Shown in pieces: positions 47,205-62,200 of a DNA stretch of 64,000 nt (the first letter of the stretch is position 1; each line of letters begins with the position of its first letter). The translations under genes were made by a program, and so were the position numbers. The DNA comes from Mobula hypostoma. Taxonomy: Eukaryota. Where the stretch lies: the NCBI RefSeq assembly GCF_963921235.1, contig NC_086100.1:202246001-202310000 (forward strand), written 5' to 3'. A model generated the notes under the pieces. It ran no database searches. It worked only from the letters and a program-made list of their open reading frames with translations, and was not told the origin of the DNA.

Positions 47205-50200
47205 TGACGCCCAGGAATGAGTTACTGACCCACAGGAGTGAGATACTGACCACCGGGAGTGAGATACTGACCATCGGGAGTGAGATACTGACCATCGGGA
47301 GTGAGGTACGGACTATTGGGAGTGAGTTACCGACCATCAGGAGTGAGGTACGGACCACCAGGAGTGAGGTAATGACCCACAGGAGTGAGGTACTGACCCC
47401 CAGGACTGCGGTACTGACCCCCAGGAGTGAGGTACTGAGCCCCAGGACTGCGGTACTGACCACCAGGAGTGAGGTACCGACCCCCAGGAATGAGTTACTG
47501 ACCCCCAGGAATGAGTTACTGACTCCCAGGTGTGAGATACTGACCCACAGGAGTGAGGTACTGACCATCGGGAGTGAGGTACGGACTATCGGGAGTGAGG
47601 TACCGACCATCAGGAGTGAGGTACGGACCACCAGGAGTGAGGTAATGACCCACAGGAGTGAGGTACTGACCCCCAGGACTGCGGTACTGACCCCCAGGAG
47701 TGAGGTACTGAGCCCCAGGACTGCGGTACTGACCACCAGGAGTGAGGTACCGACCCCCAGGAATGAGTTACTGACCCCCAGGAATGAGTTACTGACTCCC
47801 AGGTGTGAGATACTGACCCACAGGAGTGAGGTACTGACCATCGGGAGTGAGGTACTGACCCACAGGAGTGAGGTACGGACCACCAGGAGTGAGATACCAA
47901 CCATCAGGAGTGAGGTACTGACCATCAGGAGTGAGGTACTGACCATCAGCAGTGAGGTACGGACCATCAGCAGTGAGATACCAACACCCAGGAGTGAGAT
48001 ACCGACCATCAGCAGTGAGATACTGACCCCCAGGAGTGAGGTACTGACCCCCAGGAGTGAGGTATTGACCATCAGGAGTGAGGTACTGACCCCCAGGACT
48101 GAGATACTGACCCCCAGGAGTGAGATACTGACCACCAGGAGTGAGGTACTGACCATCAGGAGTGAGGTACTGACCCACAGGAGTGAGGTACTGACCCACA
48201 GGAGTGAGATACCATCGGGAGTGAGATACTGACCATCGGGAATGAGATACGGACCACCAGGAGTGAGATACCGACCACCAGTAGTGAGGTACCGACCATC
48301 AGGAGTGAGATACTGACCCCCAGGAATGAGATACCGACCCACAGGAGTGAGGTACCGACCACCAGCAGTGAGGTACCGACCCCCAGGAGTGAGATACCGA
48401 GCCCCAGGAGTGAGGTACTGACCGCCAGGAGTGAGGTACCGACCCCCAGGAATGAGGTACCGACCCCCAGGAATGAGTTACTGACTCCCAGGAGTGAGAT
48501 ACTGACCCACAGGAGTGAGGTACCGACCCCCAGGAGTGAGGTACCGACCCCCAGGAATGAGTTACTGACCCCCAGGAGTGAGATACTGACCACCAGGAGT
48601 GAGGTACTGACCCACAGGAGTGAGGTACTGACCATCAGCAGTGAGGTACTGACCATCAGGAGTGAGATACTAACCCCCAGGAGTGAGTTACTGACCCCCA
48701 GGAGTGAGATACTGACCATCAGGAGTGAGGTATCAAACCCCAGGAGTGAGATACTGACCACCAGGAGTGAGGTACTGACCATCAGTAGTGAGGTACTAAC
48801 CCCCAGGAGTGAGATACTGACCACCAGGAGTGAGGTACTGACCCACAGGAGTCAGGTACTGACCCACAGGAGTGAGATACTGACCATCGGGAGTGAGATA
48901 CTGACCACCGGGAGTGAGGTACGGACTACCGGGAGTGAGGTACGGACTATCGGGAGTGAGATACTGACCCCCAGAACTGAGATACTGACCACCTGGAGTG
49001 AGGTACGGACCACCAGGAGTAAGGTACGGACCACCAGGAGTGAGATACCGACCACTAGGAGTGAGATACTGACCACCAGTTGTGAGGTACTGACCATCAG
49101 GAGTGAGGTATCGAACCCCAGGAGTGAGATACTGACCGTCAGGAGTGAGGTATCGAACCCCAGGAGTGAGGTACTGACCCCCAGGAGTGAGGTACTGACC
49201 CCCAGGGGTGAGATTCTGGCCATCAGGAGTGAGATACTGACCATCAGGAGTGAGGTACCGACCCCGAGGAGTGAGGTACGGACCATCAGGAGTGAGATAC
49301 TGACCCACAGGAGTGAGATACTGACCATCAGGTGTGAGGTACTGACCATCAGGAGTGAGATACTGACCATCAGGAGTGAGATACTGACCCCCAGGAGTGA
49401 GATACTGACCATCAGGAGTGGGGTATCGAACCCCAGGAGTGAGATACTGACCACCAGGAGTGAGGTACTGACCATCAGGAGTGAGGTACTGACCCCCAGG
49501 AGTGAGATACTGACCACCAGGAGTGAGGTACTGACCCACAGGAGTGAGATACTGACCATCAGGAGTGAGATACTGACCATCAGGAGTGAGGTACCGACCT
49601 CCAGGAGTGAGGTACCGACCCCCAGGAGTGAGATACCGACCATCGGGAGTGAGATACGGAGCATCGGGAGTGAGATACTGACCACCGGGAGTGAGATACT
49701 GACCATCGGGAGTGAGATTCTGACCCCCAGGAGTGAGATACTGACCATCAGGAGTGAGGTACGGACCACCAGGAGTGAGATACCACCAGGAGTGAGATAC
49801 CACCAGGAGTGAGATACTGACCCACATGAGTGAGGTACCAACCCCCAGGGGTGAGATACTGAGCCCCATGAGTGAGATACTGACCACCGGGAGTGAGGTA
49901 CTGACCACCGGGAGTGAGGTACGGACTATCGGGAGTGAGATACTGACCCCCAGAAGTGAGATACTGACCACCTGGAGTGAGGTACGGACCACCAGGAGTA
50001 AGGTACGGACCACCAGGAGTGAGATACCGACCACTAGGAGTGAGATACTGACAACCAGTAGTGAGGTACTGACCATCAGGAGTGAGGTATCGAACCCCAG
50101 GAGTGAGATACTGACCGTCAGGAGTGAGGTATCGAACCCCAGGAGTGAGGTACTGACCCCCAGGAGTGAGGTACTGACCCCCATGGGTGAGATTCTGGCC

Positions 50201-53200
50201 ATCAGGAGTGAGATACTGACCATCAGGAGTGAGGTACTGACCCCGAGGAGTGAGGTACTGACCATCAGGAGTGAGGTACTGACCATCAGGAGTGAGGTAC
50301 GGACCATCAGGAGTGAGATACTGACCCACAGGTGTGAGATACTGACCATCAGGAGTGAGATACTGACCCCCAGGAGTGAGATACTGACCCCCAGGAGTGA
50401 GGTACCGACCACCAGCAGTGAGGTACCGACCACCAGCAGTGAGGTACCGACCCCCAGGAGTGAGATACCGAGCCCCAGGAGTGAGGTATGGACCGCCAGG
50501 AGTGAGGTACCGACCCCCAGGAATGAGGTACCGACCCCCAGGAATGAGTTACTGACCCCCAGGAGTGAGATACTGACCACCAGGAGTGAGGTACTGACCC
50601 ACAGGAGTGAGGTACTGACCATCGGCAGTGAGGTACTGACCATCAGGAGTGAGATACTGACCCCCAGGAGTGAGATACTGACCATCAGGAGTGAGGTATC
50701 GAACCCCAGGAGTGAGATACTGACCACCAGGAGTGAGGTACTGACCATCAGGAGTGAGGTACTGACCCCCAGGAGTGAGATACTGACCCACAGGATTGAG
50801 GTACTGACCCACAGGAGTGAGATACTGACCATCAGGAGTGAGATACTGACCCCCAGGAGTGAGTTACTGACCTCCAGGAGTGAGGTACCGACCATCAGGA
50901 GTGAGGTACCGACCTCCAGGAGTGAGGTACCGACCCCCAGGAGTGAGGTACTGACCCCCAGGGGTGAGATTCTGGCCATCAGGAGTGAGATACTGACCAT
51001 CAGGAGTGAGGTACCGACCCCGAGGAGTGAGGTACTGACCATCAGGAATGAGGTACGGACCATCAGGAGTGAGATACTGACCCACAGGAGTGAGATACTG
51101 ACCATCAGGTGTGAGGTACTGACCATCAGGAGTGAGATACTGACCCCCAGGAGTGAGATACCGACCCACAGGAGTGAGGTACCGACCACCAGCAGTGAGG
51201 TACCGACCCCCAGGAGTGAGATACCGAGCCCCAGGAGTGAGGTATGGACCGCCAGGAGTGAGGTACCGACCGCCAGGAATGAGGTACCGACCCCCAGGAA
51301 TGAGTTACTGACCCCCAGGAGTGAGATACTGACCACCAGGAGTGAGGTACTGACCTACAGGAGTGAGGTACTGACCATTGGCAGTGAGGTACTGACCATC
51401 AGGAGTGAGATACTGACCCCCAGGAGTGAGATACTGACCATCAGGAGTGGGGTATCGAACCCCAGGAGTGAGATACTGACCACCAGGAGTGAGGTACTGA
51501 CCATCAGGAGTAAGGTACTGACCCCCAGGAGTGAGATACTGACCACCAGGAGTGAGGTACTGACCCACAGGAGTGAGGTACTGACCCACAGGAGTGAGAT
51601 ACTGACCATCAGGAGTGAGAAACTGACCATCAAGAGTGAGATACTGACCCCCAGGAATGAGTTACTGACCTCCAGGAGTGAGGTACCGACCATCAGGAGT
51701 GAGGTACCGACCTCCAGGAGTGAGGTACCGACCCCCAGGAGTGAGATACCGACCATCGGGAGTGAGATACGGAGCATCGGGAGTGAGATACTGACCACCG
51801 GGAGTGAGATACTGACCATCGGGAGTGAGATTCTGACCCCCAGGAGTGAGATACTGACCATCAGGAGTGAGGTACGGACCACCGGGAGTGAGATACTGAC
51901 CACCGGGAGTGAGATACTGACCCACATGAGTGAGGTACCAACCCCCAGGGGTGAGATACTGAGCCCCAGGAGTGAGATACTGACCACCGGGAGTGAGGTA
52001 CTGACCACCGGGAGTGAGATACTGACCCCCAGAAGTGAGATACTGACCACCTGGAGTGAGGTACGGACCACCAGGAGTAAGGTACGGACCACCAGGAGTG
52101 AGATACCGACCACTAGGAGTCAGACACTGACCACCAGTAGTGAGGTACTGACCATCAGGAGTGAGGTATCGAACCCCAGGAGTGAGATACTGACCGTCAG
52201 GAGTGAGGTAACGAACCCCAGGAGTGAGGTACTGACCCCCAGGAGTGAGGTACTGACCCCCAGGGGTGAGATTCTGGCCATCAGGAGTGAGATACTGACC
52301 ATCAGGAGTGAGGTACCGACCCCGAGGAGTGAGGTACTGACCATCAGGAGTGAGGTACGGACCATCAGGAGTGAGATACTGACCCACAGGAGTTAGATAC
52401 TGATCATCAGGTGTGAGGTACTGACCATCAGGAGTGAGATACTGACCCCCAGGAGTGAGATACCGACCCACAGGACTGAGGTACCGACCACCAGCAGTGA
52501 GGTACCGACCCCCAGGAGTGAGATACCGAGCCCCAGGAGTGAGGTACCGACCGCCAGGAGTGAGGTACCGACCCCCAGGAGTGAGATACTGACCCCCAGG
52601 AGTGAGGTATGGACCGCCAGGAGTGAGGTACCGACCCCCAGGAATGAGGTACCGACCCCCAGGAATGAGTTACTGACCCCCAGGAGTGAGATACTGACCA
52701 CCAGGAGTGAGGTACTGACCCACAGGAGTGAGGTACTGACCATCGGCATTGAGGTACTGACCATCAGGAATGAGATACTGACCCCCAGGAGTGAGATACT
52801 GACCATCAGGAGTGAGGTATCGAACCCCAGGAGTGAGATACTGACCACCAGGAGTGAGGTACTGACCATCAGGAGTGAGGTACTGATACTGACCCTCAGG
52901 AGTGAGATACTGACCATCAGGAGTGAGGTATCGAACCCCAGGAGTGAGATACTGACCACCAGGAGTGAGGTACTGACCATCAGGAGTGAGGTACTGACCC
53001 CCAGGAGTGAGATACTGACCCACAGGATTGAGGTACTGACCCACAGGAGTGAGATACTGACCCCCAGGAGTGAGTTACTGACCTTCAGGAGTGAGGTATC
53101 GAACCCCCGGGAGTGAGATACTGACCGTCAGGAGTGAGGTATCAAACCCCAGGAGTGAGGTACTGACCCCCAGGAGTGAGGTACTGACCCCCAGGGGTGA

Positions 53201-56200
53201 GATTCTGGCCATCAGGAGTGAGATACTGACCATCAGGAGTGAGGTACCGACCCCGAGGAGTGAGATACTGACCATCAGGAGTGAGGTACGGACCATCAGG
53301 AGTGAGATACTGACCCACAGGAGTGAGATACTGACCATCAGGAGTGAGGTACTGACCATCAGGAGTGAGATACTGACCCCCAGGAGTGAGTTACTGACCT
53401 CCAGGAGTGAGGTACCGACCATCAGGAGTGAGGTACCGACCTCCAGGAGTGAGGTACCGACCCCCAGGAGTGAGGTACTGACCCCCAGGGGTGAGATACT
53501 GACCACCAGGAGTGAGATACTGACCACCAGGAGTGAGGTACTGACCCACAGGAGTGAGGTACTGACCCACAGGAGTGAGATACTGACCATCAGGAGTGAG
53601 AAACTGACCATCAAGAGTGAGATACTGACCCCCAGGAATGAGTTACTGACCTCCAGGAGTGAGGTACCGACCATCAGGAGTGAGGTACCGACCTCCAGGA
53701 GTGAGGTACCGACCCCCAGGAGTGAGATACCGACCATCGGGAGTGAGATACGGAGCATCGGGAGTGAGATACTGACCACCGGGAGTGAGATACTAACCAT
53801 CGGGAGTGAGATTCTGACCCCCAGGAGTGAGATACTGACCATCAGGAGTGAGGTACGGACCACCGGGAGTGAGATACTGACCACCGGGAGTGAGATACTG
53901 ACCCACATGAGTGAGGTACCAACCCCCAGGGGTGAGATACTGAGCCCCAGGAGTGAGATACTGACCACCGGGAGTGAGGTACTGACCACCGGGAGTGAGA
54001 TACTGACCCCCAGAAGTGAGATACTTACCACCTGGAGTGAGGTACGGACCACCAGGAGTAAGGTACGGACCACCAGGAGTGAGATACCGACCACTAGGAG
54101 TCAGATACTAACCACCAGTAGTGAGGTACTGACCATCAGGAGTGAGGTATCGAACGCCAGGAGTGAGATACTGACCGTCAGGAGTGAGGTATCGAACCCC
54201 AGGAGTGAGGTACTGACCCCCAGGAGTGAGGTACTGACCCCCAGGGGTGAGATTCTGGCCATCAGGAGTGAGATACTGACCATCAGGAGTGAGGTACCGA
54301 CCCCGAGGAGTGAGGTACTGACCATCAGGAGTGAGGTACGGACCATCAGGAGTGAGATACTGACCCACAGGAGTTAGATACTGACCATCAGGTGTGAGGT
54401 ACTGACCATCAGGAGTGAGATACTGACCCCCAGGAGTGAGATACTGACCATCAGGAGTGAGGTATCAAACCCCAGGAGTGAGATACTGACCACCAGGAGT
54501 GAGGTACTGACCATCAGTAGTGAGGTACTAACCCCCAGGAGTGAGATACTGACCACCAGGAGTGAGGTACTGACCCACAGGAGTCAGGTACTGACACACA
54601 GGAGTGAGATACTGACCATCGGGAGTGAGATACTGACCACCAGGAGTGAGGTACGGACCACCAGGAGTGAGATACCGACCACCAGTAGTGAGGTACCGAC
54701 CATCAGGAGTGAGGTACGGACCCCCAGGAGTGAGATACCGAGCCCCAGGAGTGAAATACCGAGCCCCAGGAGTGAGGTACCAACCACCAGGAGTGAGATA
54801 CCGACCCCCAGGAGTGAGATACCGACCCCCAGGAGTGAGGTACCGACCCCCACGAGTGAGGTACCGAGCTCCAGGAGTGAGATACCGACCATCGGGAGTG
54901 AGATACCGATCATCGGGAGTGAGATACTGACCCCCAGGAGTAAGATACGGACCATCGGGAGTGAGATACTGACCACCGGGAGTGAGATACGGACCACCGG
55001 GAGTGAGATACGGAGCATCGGGAGTGAGATACTGACCACCGGGAGTGTGATACTGACCATCGGGAGTGAGATTCTGACCCCCAGGAGTGAGATACTGACC
55101 ATCAGGAGTGAGGTACGGACCACCAGGAGTGAGATACTGACCACCAGGAGTGAGATACTGACCCACATGAGTGAGGTACCAACCCCCAGGGGTGAGATAC
55201 TGAGCCCCAGGAGTGAGATACTGACCACCGGGAGTGAGGTACTGACCACCGGGAGTTAGGTACGGACTACCGGGAGTGAGGTACGGACTATCGGGAGTGA
55301 GATACTGACCCCCAGAAGTGAGATACTGACCACCTGGAGTGAGGTACGGACCACCAGGAGTAAGGTACGGACCACCAGGAGTGAGATACCGACCACTAGG
55401 AGTGAGATACTGACCACCAGTTGTGAGGTACTGACCATCAGGAGTGAGGTATCGAACCCCAGGAGTGAGATACTGACCGTCAGGAGTGAGGTATCGAACC
55501 CCAGGAGTGAGGTACTGACCCCCAGGAGTGAGGTACTGACCCCCAGGGGTGAGATTCTGGCCATCAGGAGTGAGATACTGACCATCAGGAGTGAGGTATC
55601 GAATCCCAGGAGTGAGATACTGACCGTCAGGAGTGAGGTATCGAACCCCAGGAGTGAGGTGCTGACCCCCAGGAGTGAGGTACTGACCCCCAGGGGTGAG
55701 ATTCTGGCCATCAGGAGTGAGATACCGACCCCCAGGGATGAGGTACCGACCCCCAGGAATGAGTTACTGACCCCCAGGAGTGAGATACTGACCACCAGGA
55801 GTGAGATACTGACCACCAGGAGTGAGGTACTGACCCACAGGAGTGAGGTACTGACCATCGGCATTGAGGTACTGACCATCAGGAATGAGATACTGACCCC
55901 CAGGAGTGAGATACTGACCATCAGGAGTGAGGTATCGAACCCCAGGAGTGAGATACTGACCACCAGGAGTGAGGTACCGACCCCCAGGAGTGAGATACCG
56001 ACCATCGGGAGTCAGATACCGACCATCGGGAGTGAGATACTGACCCCCAGGAGTGAGATACGGACCACCGGGTGTGAGGTATCGAACCCCCGGGAGTGAG
56101 ATACTGACCGTCAGGAGTGAGGTACCGACCCCCAGGAATGAGGTACAGACCCCCAGGAGTGAGGTACTGACCGCCAGGAGTGACGTACCGACCCCCAGGA

Positions 56201-59200
56201 GTGAGATACCGAGCCCCAGGAGTGAGGTACCGACCGCCAGGAGTGAGGTACCGACCCCCAGGAATGAGGTACCGACCCCCAGGAATGAGTTACTGACTCC
56301 CAGGAGTGAGATACTGACCCACAGGAGTGAGGTACCGACCCCCAGGAATGAGGTACCTACCCCCAGGAATGAGTTACTGACCCCCAGGAGTGAGATACTG
56401 ACCACCAGGAGTGAGGTACTGACCCACAGGAGTGAGGTACTGACCATCAGCAGTGAGGTACTGACCATCAGGAGTGAGATACTGACCCCCAGGAGTGAGT
56501 TACTGACCCCCAGGAGTGAGATACTGACCATCAGGAGTGAGGTATCAAACCCCAGGAGTGAGATACTGACCACCAGGAGTGAGGTACTGACCATCAGTAG
56601 TGAGGTACTAACCCCCAGGAGTGAGATACTGACCACCAGGAGTGAGGTACTGACCCACAGGAGTCAGGTACTGACACACAGGAGTGAGATACTGACCATC
56701 GGGAGTGAGATACTGACCACCAGGAGTGAGGTACGGACCACCAGGAGTGAGATACCGACCACCAGTAGTGAGGTACCGACCATCAGGAGTGAGGTACTGA
56801 CCCCCAGGAGTGAGATACCGACCCCCAGGAGTGAAATACCGAGCCCCAGGAGTGAGGTACCAACCACCAGGAGTGAGGTACTGACCCCCAGGAATGAGAT
56901 ACCGACCCCCAGGAGTGAGATACCGACCTACAGGAGTGAGGTACCGACCCCCACGAGTGAGGTACCGAGCCCCAGGAGTGAGATACCGACCATCGGGAGT
57001 GAGATACCGATCATCGGGAGTGAGATACTGACCCCCAGGAGTAAGATACGGACCATCGGGAGTGAGATACTGACCACCGGGAGTGAGATACGGACCACCG
57101 GCAGTGAGATACGGAGCATCGGGAGTGAGATACTGACCACCGGGAGTGAGATACTGACCATCGGGAGTGAGATTCTGACCCCCAGGAGTGAGATACTGAC
57201 CATCAGGAGTGAGGTACGGACCACCAGGAGTGAGATACTGACCACCAGGAGTGAGATACTGACCCACATGAGTGAGGTACTGACCCACATGAGTGAGGTA
57301 CCAACCCCCAGGGGTGAGATACTGAGCCCCAGGAGTGAGATACTGACCACCGGGAGTGAGGTACTGACCACCGGGAGTGAGGTACGGACTATCGGGAGTG
57401 AGATACTGACCCCCAGAAGTGAGATACTGACCACCTGGAGTGAGGTACGGACCACCAGGAGTAAGGTACGGACCACCAGGAGTGAGATACCGACCACTAG
57501 GAGTGAGATACTGACCACCAGTTGTGAGGTACTGACCATCAGGAGTGAGGTATCGAACCCCAGGAGTGAGATACTGACCGTCAGGAGTGAGGTATCGAAC
57601 CCCAGGAGTGAGCTACTGACCCCCTGGAGTGAGGTACTGACCCCCAGGGGTGAGATTCTGGCCATCAGGAGTGAGATACTGACCATCAGGAGTGAGGTAT
57701 CGAATCCCAGGAGTGAGATACTGACCGTCAGGAGTGAGGTATCGAACCCCAGGAGTGAGGTGCTGACCCCCAGGAGTGAGGTACTGACCCCCAGGGGTGA
57801 GATTCTGGCCATCAGGAGTGAGATACCGACCCCCAGGGATGAGGTACCGACCCCCAGGAATGAGTTACTGACCCCCAGGAGTGAGATACTGACCACCAGG
57901 AGTGAGATACTGACCACCAGGAGTGAGGTACTGACCCACAGGAGTGAGGTACTGACCATCGGCATTGAGGTACTGACCATCAGGAGTGAGATACTGACCC
58001 CCAGGAGTGAGATACTGACCATCAGGAGTGAGGTATCGAACCCCAGGAGTGAGATACTGACCACCAGGAGTGAGGTACCGACCCCCAGGAGTGAGATACC
58101 GACCATCGGGAGTCAGATACCGACCATCGGGAGTGAGATACTGACCCCCAGGAGTGAGATACGGACCACCGGGTGTGAGGTATCGAACCCCCGGGAGTGA
58201 GATACTGACCGTCAGGAGTGAGGTACCGACCCCCAGGAATGAGGTACCGACCCCCAGGAGTGAGGTACTGACCGCCAGGAGTGACGTACCGACCCCCAGG
58301 AGTGAGATACCGAGCCCCAGGAGTGAGGTACCGACCGCCAGGAGTGAGGTACCGACCCCCAGGAATGAGGTACCGACCCCCAGGAATGAGTTACTGACTC
58401 CCAGGAGTGAGATACTGACCCACAGGAGTGAGGTACCGACCCCCAGGAATGAGGTACCTACCCCCAGGAATGAGTTACTGACCCCCAGGAGTGAGATACT
58501 GACCACCAGGAGTGAGGTACTGACCCACAGGAGTGAGGTACTGACCATCAGCAGTGAGGTACTGACCATCAGGAGTGAGATACTGACCCCCAGGAGTGAG
58601 TTACTGACCCCCAGGAGTGAGATACTGACCATCAGGAGTGAGGTATCAAACCCCAGGAGTGAGATACTGACCACCAGGAGTGAGGTACTGACCATCAGTA
58701 GTGAGGTACTAAACCCCAGGAGTGAGATACTGACCACCAGGAGTGAGGTACTGACCCACAGGAGTCAGGTACTGACACACAAGAGTGAGATACTGACCAT
58801 CGGGAGTGAGATACTGACCACCAGGAGTGAGGTACGGACCACCAGGAGTGAGATACCGACCACCAGTAGTGAGGTACCGACCATCAGGAGTGAGGTACTG
58901 ACCCCCAGGAGTGAGATACCGACCCCCAGGAGTGAAATACCGAGCCCCAGGAGTGAGGTACCAACCACCAGGAGTGAGGTACTGACCCCCAGGAATGAGA
59001 TACCGACCCCCAGGAGTGAGATACCGACCTACAGGAGTGAGGTACCGACCCCCACGAGTGAGGTACCGAGCCCCAGGAGTGAGATACTGACCACCGGGAG
59101 TGAGATACGGACCACCGGCAGTGAGATACGGACCATCGGGAGTGAGATACTGACCACCGGGAGTGAGATACTGACCATCGGGAGTGAGATTCTGACCCCC

Positions 59201-62200
59201 AGGAGTGAGATACTGACCATCAGGAGTGAGGTACGGACCACCAGGAGTGAGATACTGACCACCAGGAGTGAGATACTGACCCACATGAGTGAGGTACCAA
59301 CCCCCAGGGGTGAGATACTGAGCCCCAGGAGTGAGATACTGACCACCGGGAGTGAGGTACTGACCACCGGGAGTGAGGTACGGACTACCGGGAGTGAGGT
59401 ACGGACTATCGGGAGTGAGATACTGACCCCCAGAAGTGAGATACTGACCACCTGGAGTGAGGTACTGACCACCAGGAGTGAGGTACGGACCACCAGGAGT
59501 GAGATACCGACCACTAGGAGTGAGATACTGACCACCAGTTGTGAGGTACTGACCATCAGGAGTGAGGTATCGAACCCCAGGAGTGAGATACTGACCGTCA
59601 GGAGTGAGGTATCGAACCCCAGGAGTGAGGTACTGACCCCCAGGAGTGAGGTACTGACCCCCAGGGGTGAGATTCTGGCCATCAGGAGTGAGATACTGAC
59701 CATCAGGAGTGAGGTATCGACCCCCAGGAGTGAGATACTGACCGTCAGGAGTGAGGTATCGAACCCCAGGAGTGAGGTACTGACCCCCAGGAGTGAGGTA
59801 CTGACCCCCAGGGGTGAGATTCTGGCCATCAGGAGTGAGATACCGACCCCCAGGGATGAGGTACCGACCCCCAGGAATGAGTTACTGACCCCCAGGAGTG
59901 AGATACTGACCACCAGGAGTGAGATACTGACCACCAGGAGTGAGGTACTGACCCACAGGAGTGAGGTACTGACCATCGGCAGTGAGGTACTGACCATCAG
60001 GAGTGAGATACTGACCCCCAGGAGTGAGATACTGACCATCAGGAGTGAGGTATCGAACCCCAGGAGTGAGATACTGACCACCAGGAGTGAGGTACTGACC
60101 ATCAGGAGTGAGGTACCGACCATCAGGAGTGAGATACTGACCCCCAGGAGTGAGATACTGACCACCAGGAGTGAGGTACTGACCATCAGGAGTGAGATAC
60201 TGACCCCCAGGAGTGAGATACCGACCCCCAGGAGTGAGGTACCGACCCCCAGGAGTGAGGTACTGACCCCCAGGAGTGAGGTACCGACCCCCAGGAGTGA
60301 GATACCGAGCCCCAGGAGTGAGGTACCGACCGCCAGGAGTGAGGTACCGACCCCCAGGAATGAGGTACAGACCCCCAGGAGTGAGATACTGACTCCCCAG
60401 GAGTGAGGTACTGACCCCAGGAGTGAGGTACCGACCACCAGGAATGAGGTACCGACCCCCAGGAATGAGTTACTGACCCCCAGGAGTGAGATACTGACCA
60501 CCAGGAGTGAGGTACTGACCCACAGGAGTGAGGTACTGACCATCAGGCAGTGAGGTACTGACCATCAGGAGTGAGATACTGACCCCCAGGAGTGAGATAC
60601 TGACCCCCAGGAGTGAGATACTGACCATCAGGAGTGAGGTATCGAACCCCAGGAGTGAGATACTGACCACCAGGAGTGAGGTACTGACCATCAGGAGTGA
60701 GGTACTGACCCCCAGGAGTGAGATACTGACCACCAGGAGTGAGGTACTGACCCACAGGAGTGAGGTACTGACCCACAGGAGTGAGATACTGACCATCGGG
60801 AGTGAGATACTGACCACCAGGAGTGAGGTACGGACCACCAGGAGTGAGATACCGACCACCAGTAGTGAGGTACCGACCATCAGGAGTGAGGTACTGACCC
60901 CCAGGAGTGAGATACCGACCCCCAGGAGTGAAATACCGAGCCCCAGGAGTGAGGTACCAACCACCAGGAGTGAGGTACTGACCCCCAGGAATGAGATACC
61001 GACCCCCAGGAGTGAGATACCGACCTACAGGAGTGAGGTACCGACCCCCACGAGTGAGGTACCGAGCCCCAGGAGTGAGATACTGACCATCGGGAGTGAG
61101 ATACCGATCATCGGGAGTGAGATACTGACCCCCAGGAGTAAGATACGGACCATCGGGAGTGAGATACTGACCACCGGGAGTGAGATACGGACCACCGGGA
61201 GTGAGATACTGACCATCGGGAGTGAGATTCTGACCCCCAGGAGTGAGATACTGACCATCAGGAGTGAGGTACGGACCACCAGGAGTGAGATACTGACCAC
61301 CAGGAGTGAGATACTGACCCCCAGGAGTGAGGTACTGACCCCCAGGGGTGAGATTCTGGCCATCAGGAGTGAGATACTGACCATCAGGAGTGAGGTACCG
61401 ACCCCGAGGAGTGAGGTACTGACCATCAGGAGTGAGGTACGGACCATCAGGAGTGAGATACTGACCTACAGGAGTGAGATACTGACCATCAGGTGTGAGG
61501 TACTGACCATCAGGAGTGAGATACCGACCCACAGGAGTGAGGTACCGACCACCAGCAGTGAGGTACCGACCCCCAGGAGTGAGATACCGAGCCCCAGGAG
61601 TGAGGTATGGACCGCCAGGAGTGAGGTACCGACCCCCAGGAGGGAGGTACCGACCCCCAGGAATGAGGTACCGACCCCCAGGAATGAGTTACTGACCCCC
61701 AGGAGTGAGATACTGACCACCAGGAGTGAGGTACTGACCCACAGGAGTGAGGTACTGACCATCGGCAGTGAGGTACTGACCATCAGGAGTGAGATACTGA
61801 CCCCCAGGAGTGAGATACTGACCATCAGGAGTGAGGTATCGAACCCCAGGAGTGAGATACTGACCACCAGGAGTGAGGTACTGACCATCAGGAGTGAGGT
61901 ACTGACCCCCAGGAGTGAGATACTGACCACCAGGAGTGAGGTACTGACCCACAGGAGTGAGGTACTGACCCACAGGAGTGAGATACTGACCATCAGGTGT
62001 GAGGTACTGACCATCAGGAGTGAGATACTGACCCCCAGGAGTGAGATACCGACCCACAGGAGTGAGGTACCGACCACCAGCAGTGAGGTACCGACCCCCA
62101 GGAGTGAGATACCGAGCCCCAGGAGTGAGGTATGGACCGCCAGGAGTGAGGTACCGACCGCCAGGAATGAGGTACCGACCCCCAGGAATGAGTTACTGAC

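Noticed and set aside
46623..47220. Several GC-rich overlapping ORFs around exon 1, including an in-frame upstream extension
   Set aside because: Stop-poor CpG-island sequence; only the ATG at 46829 gives a signal-peptide-like N-terminus.
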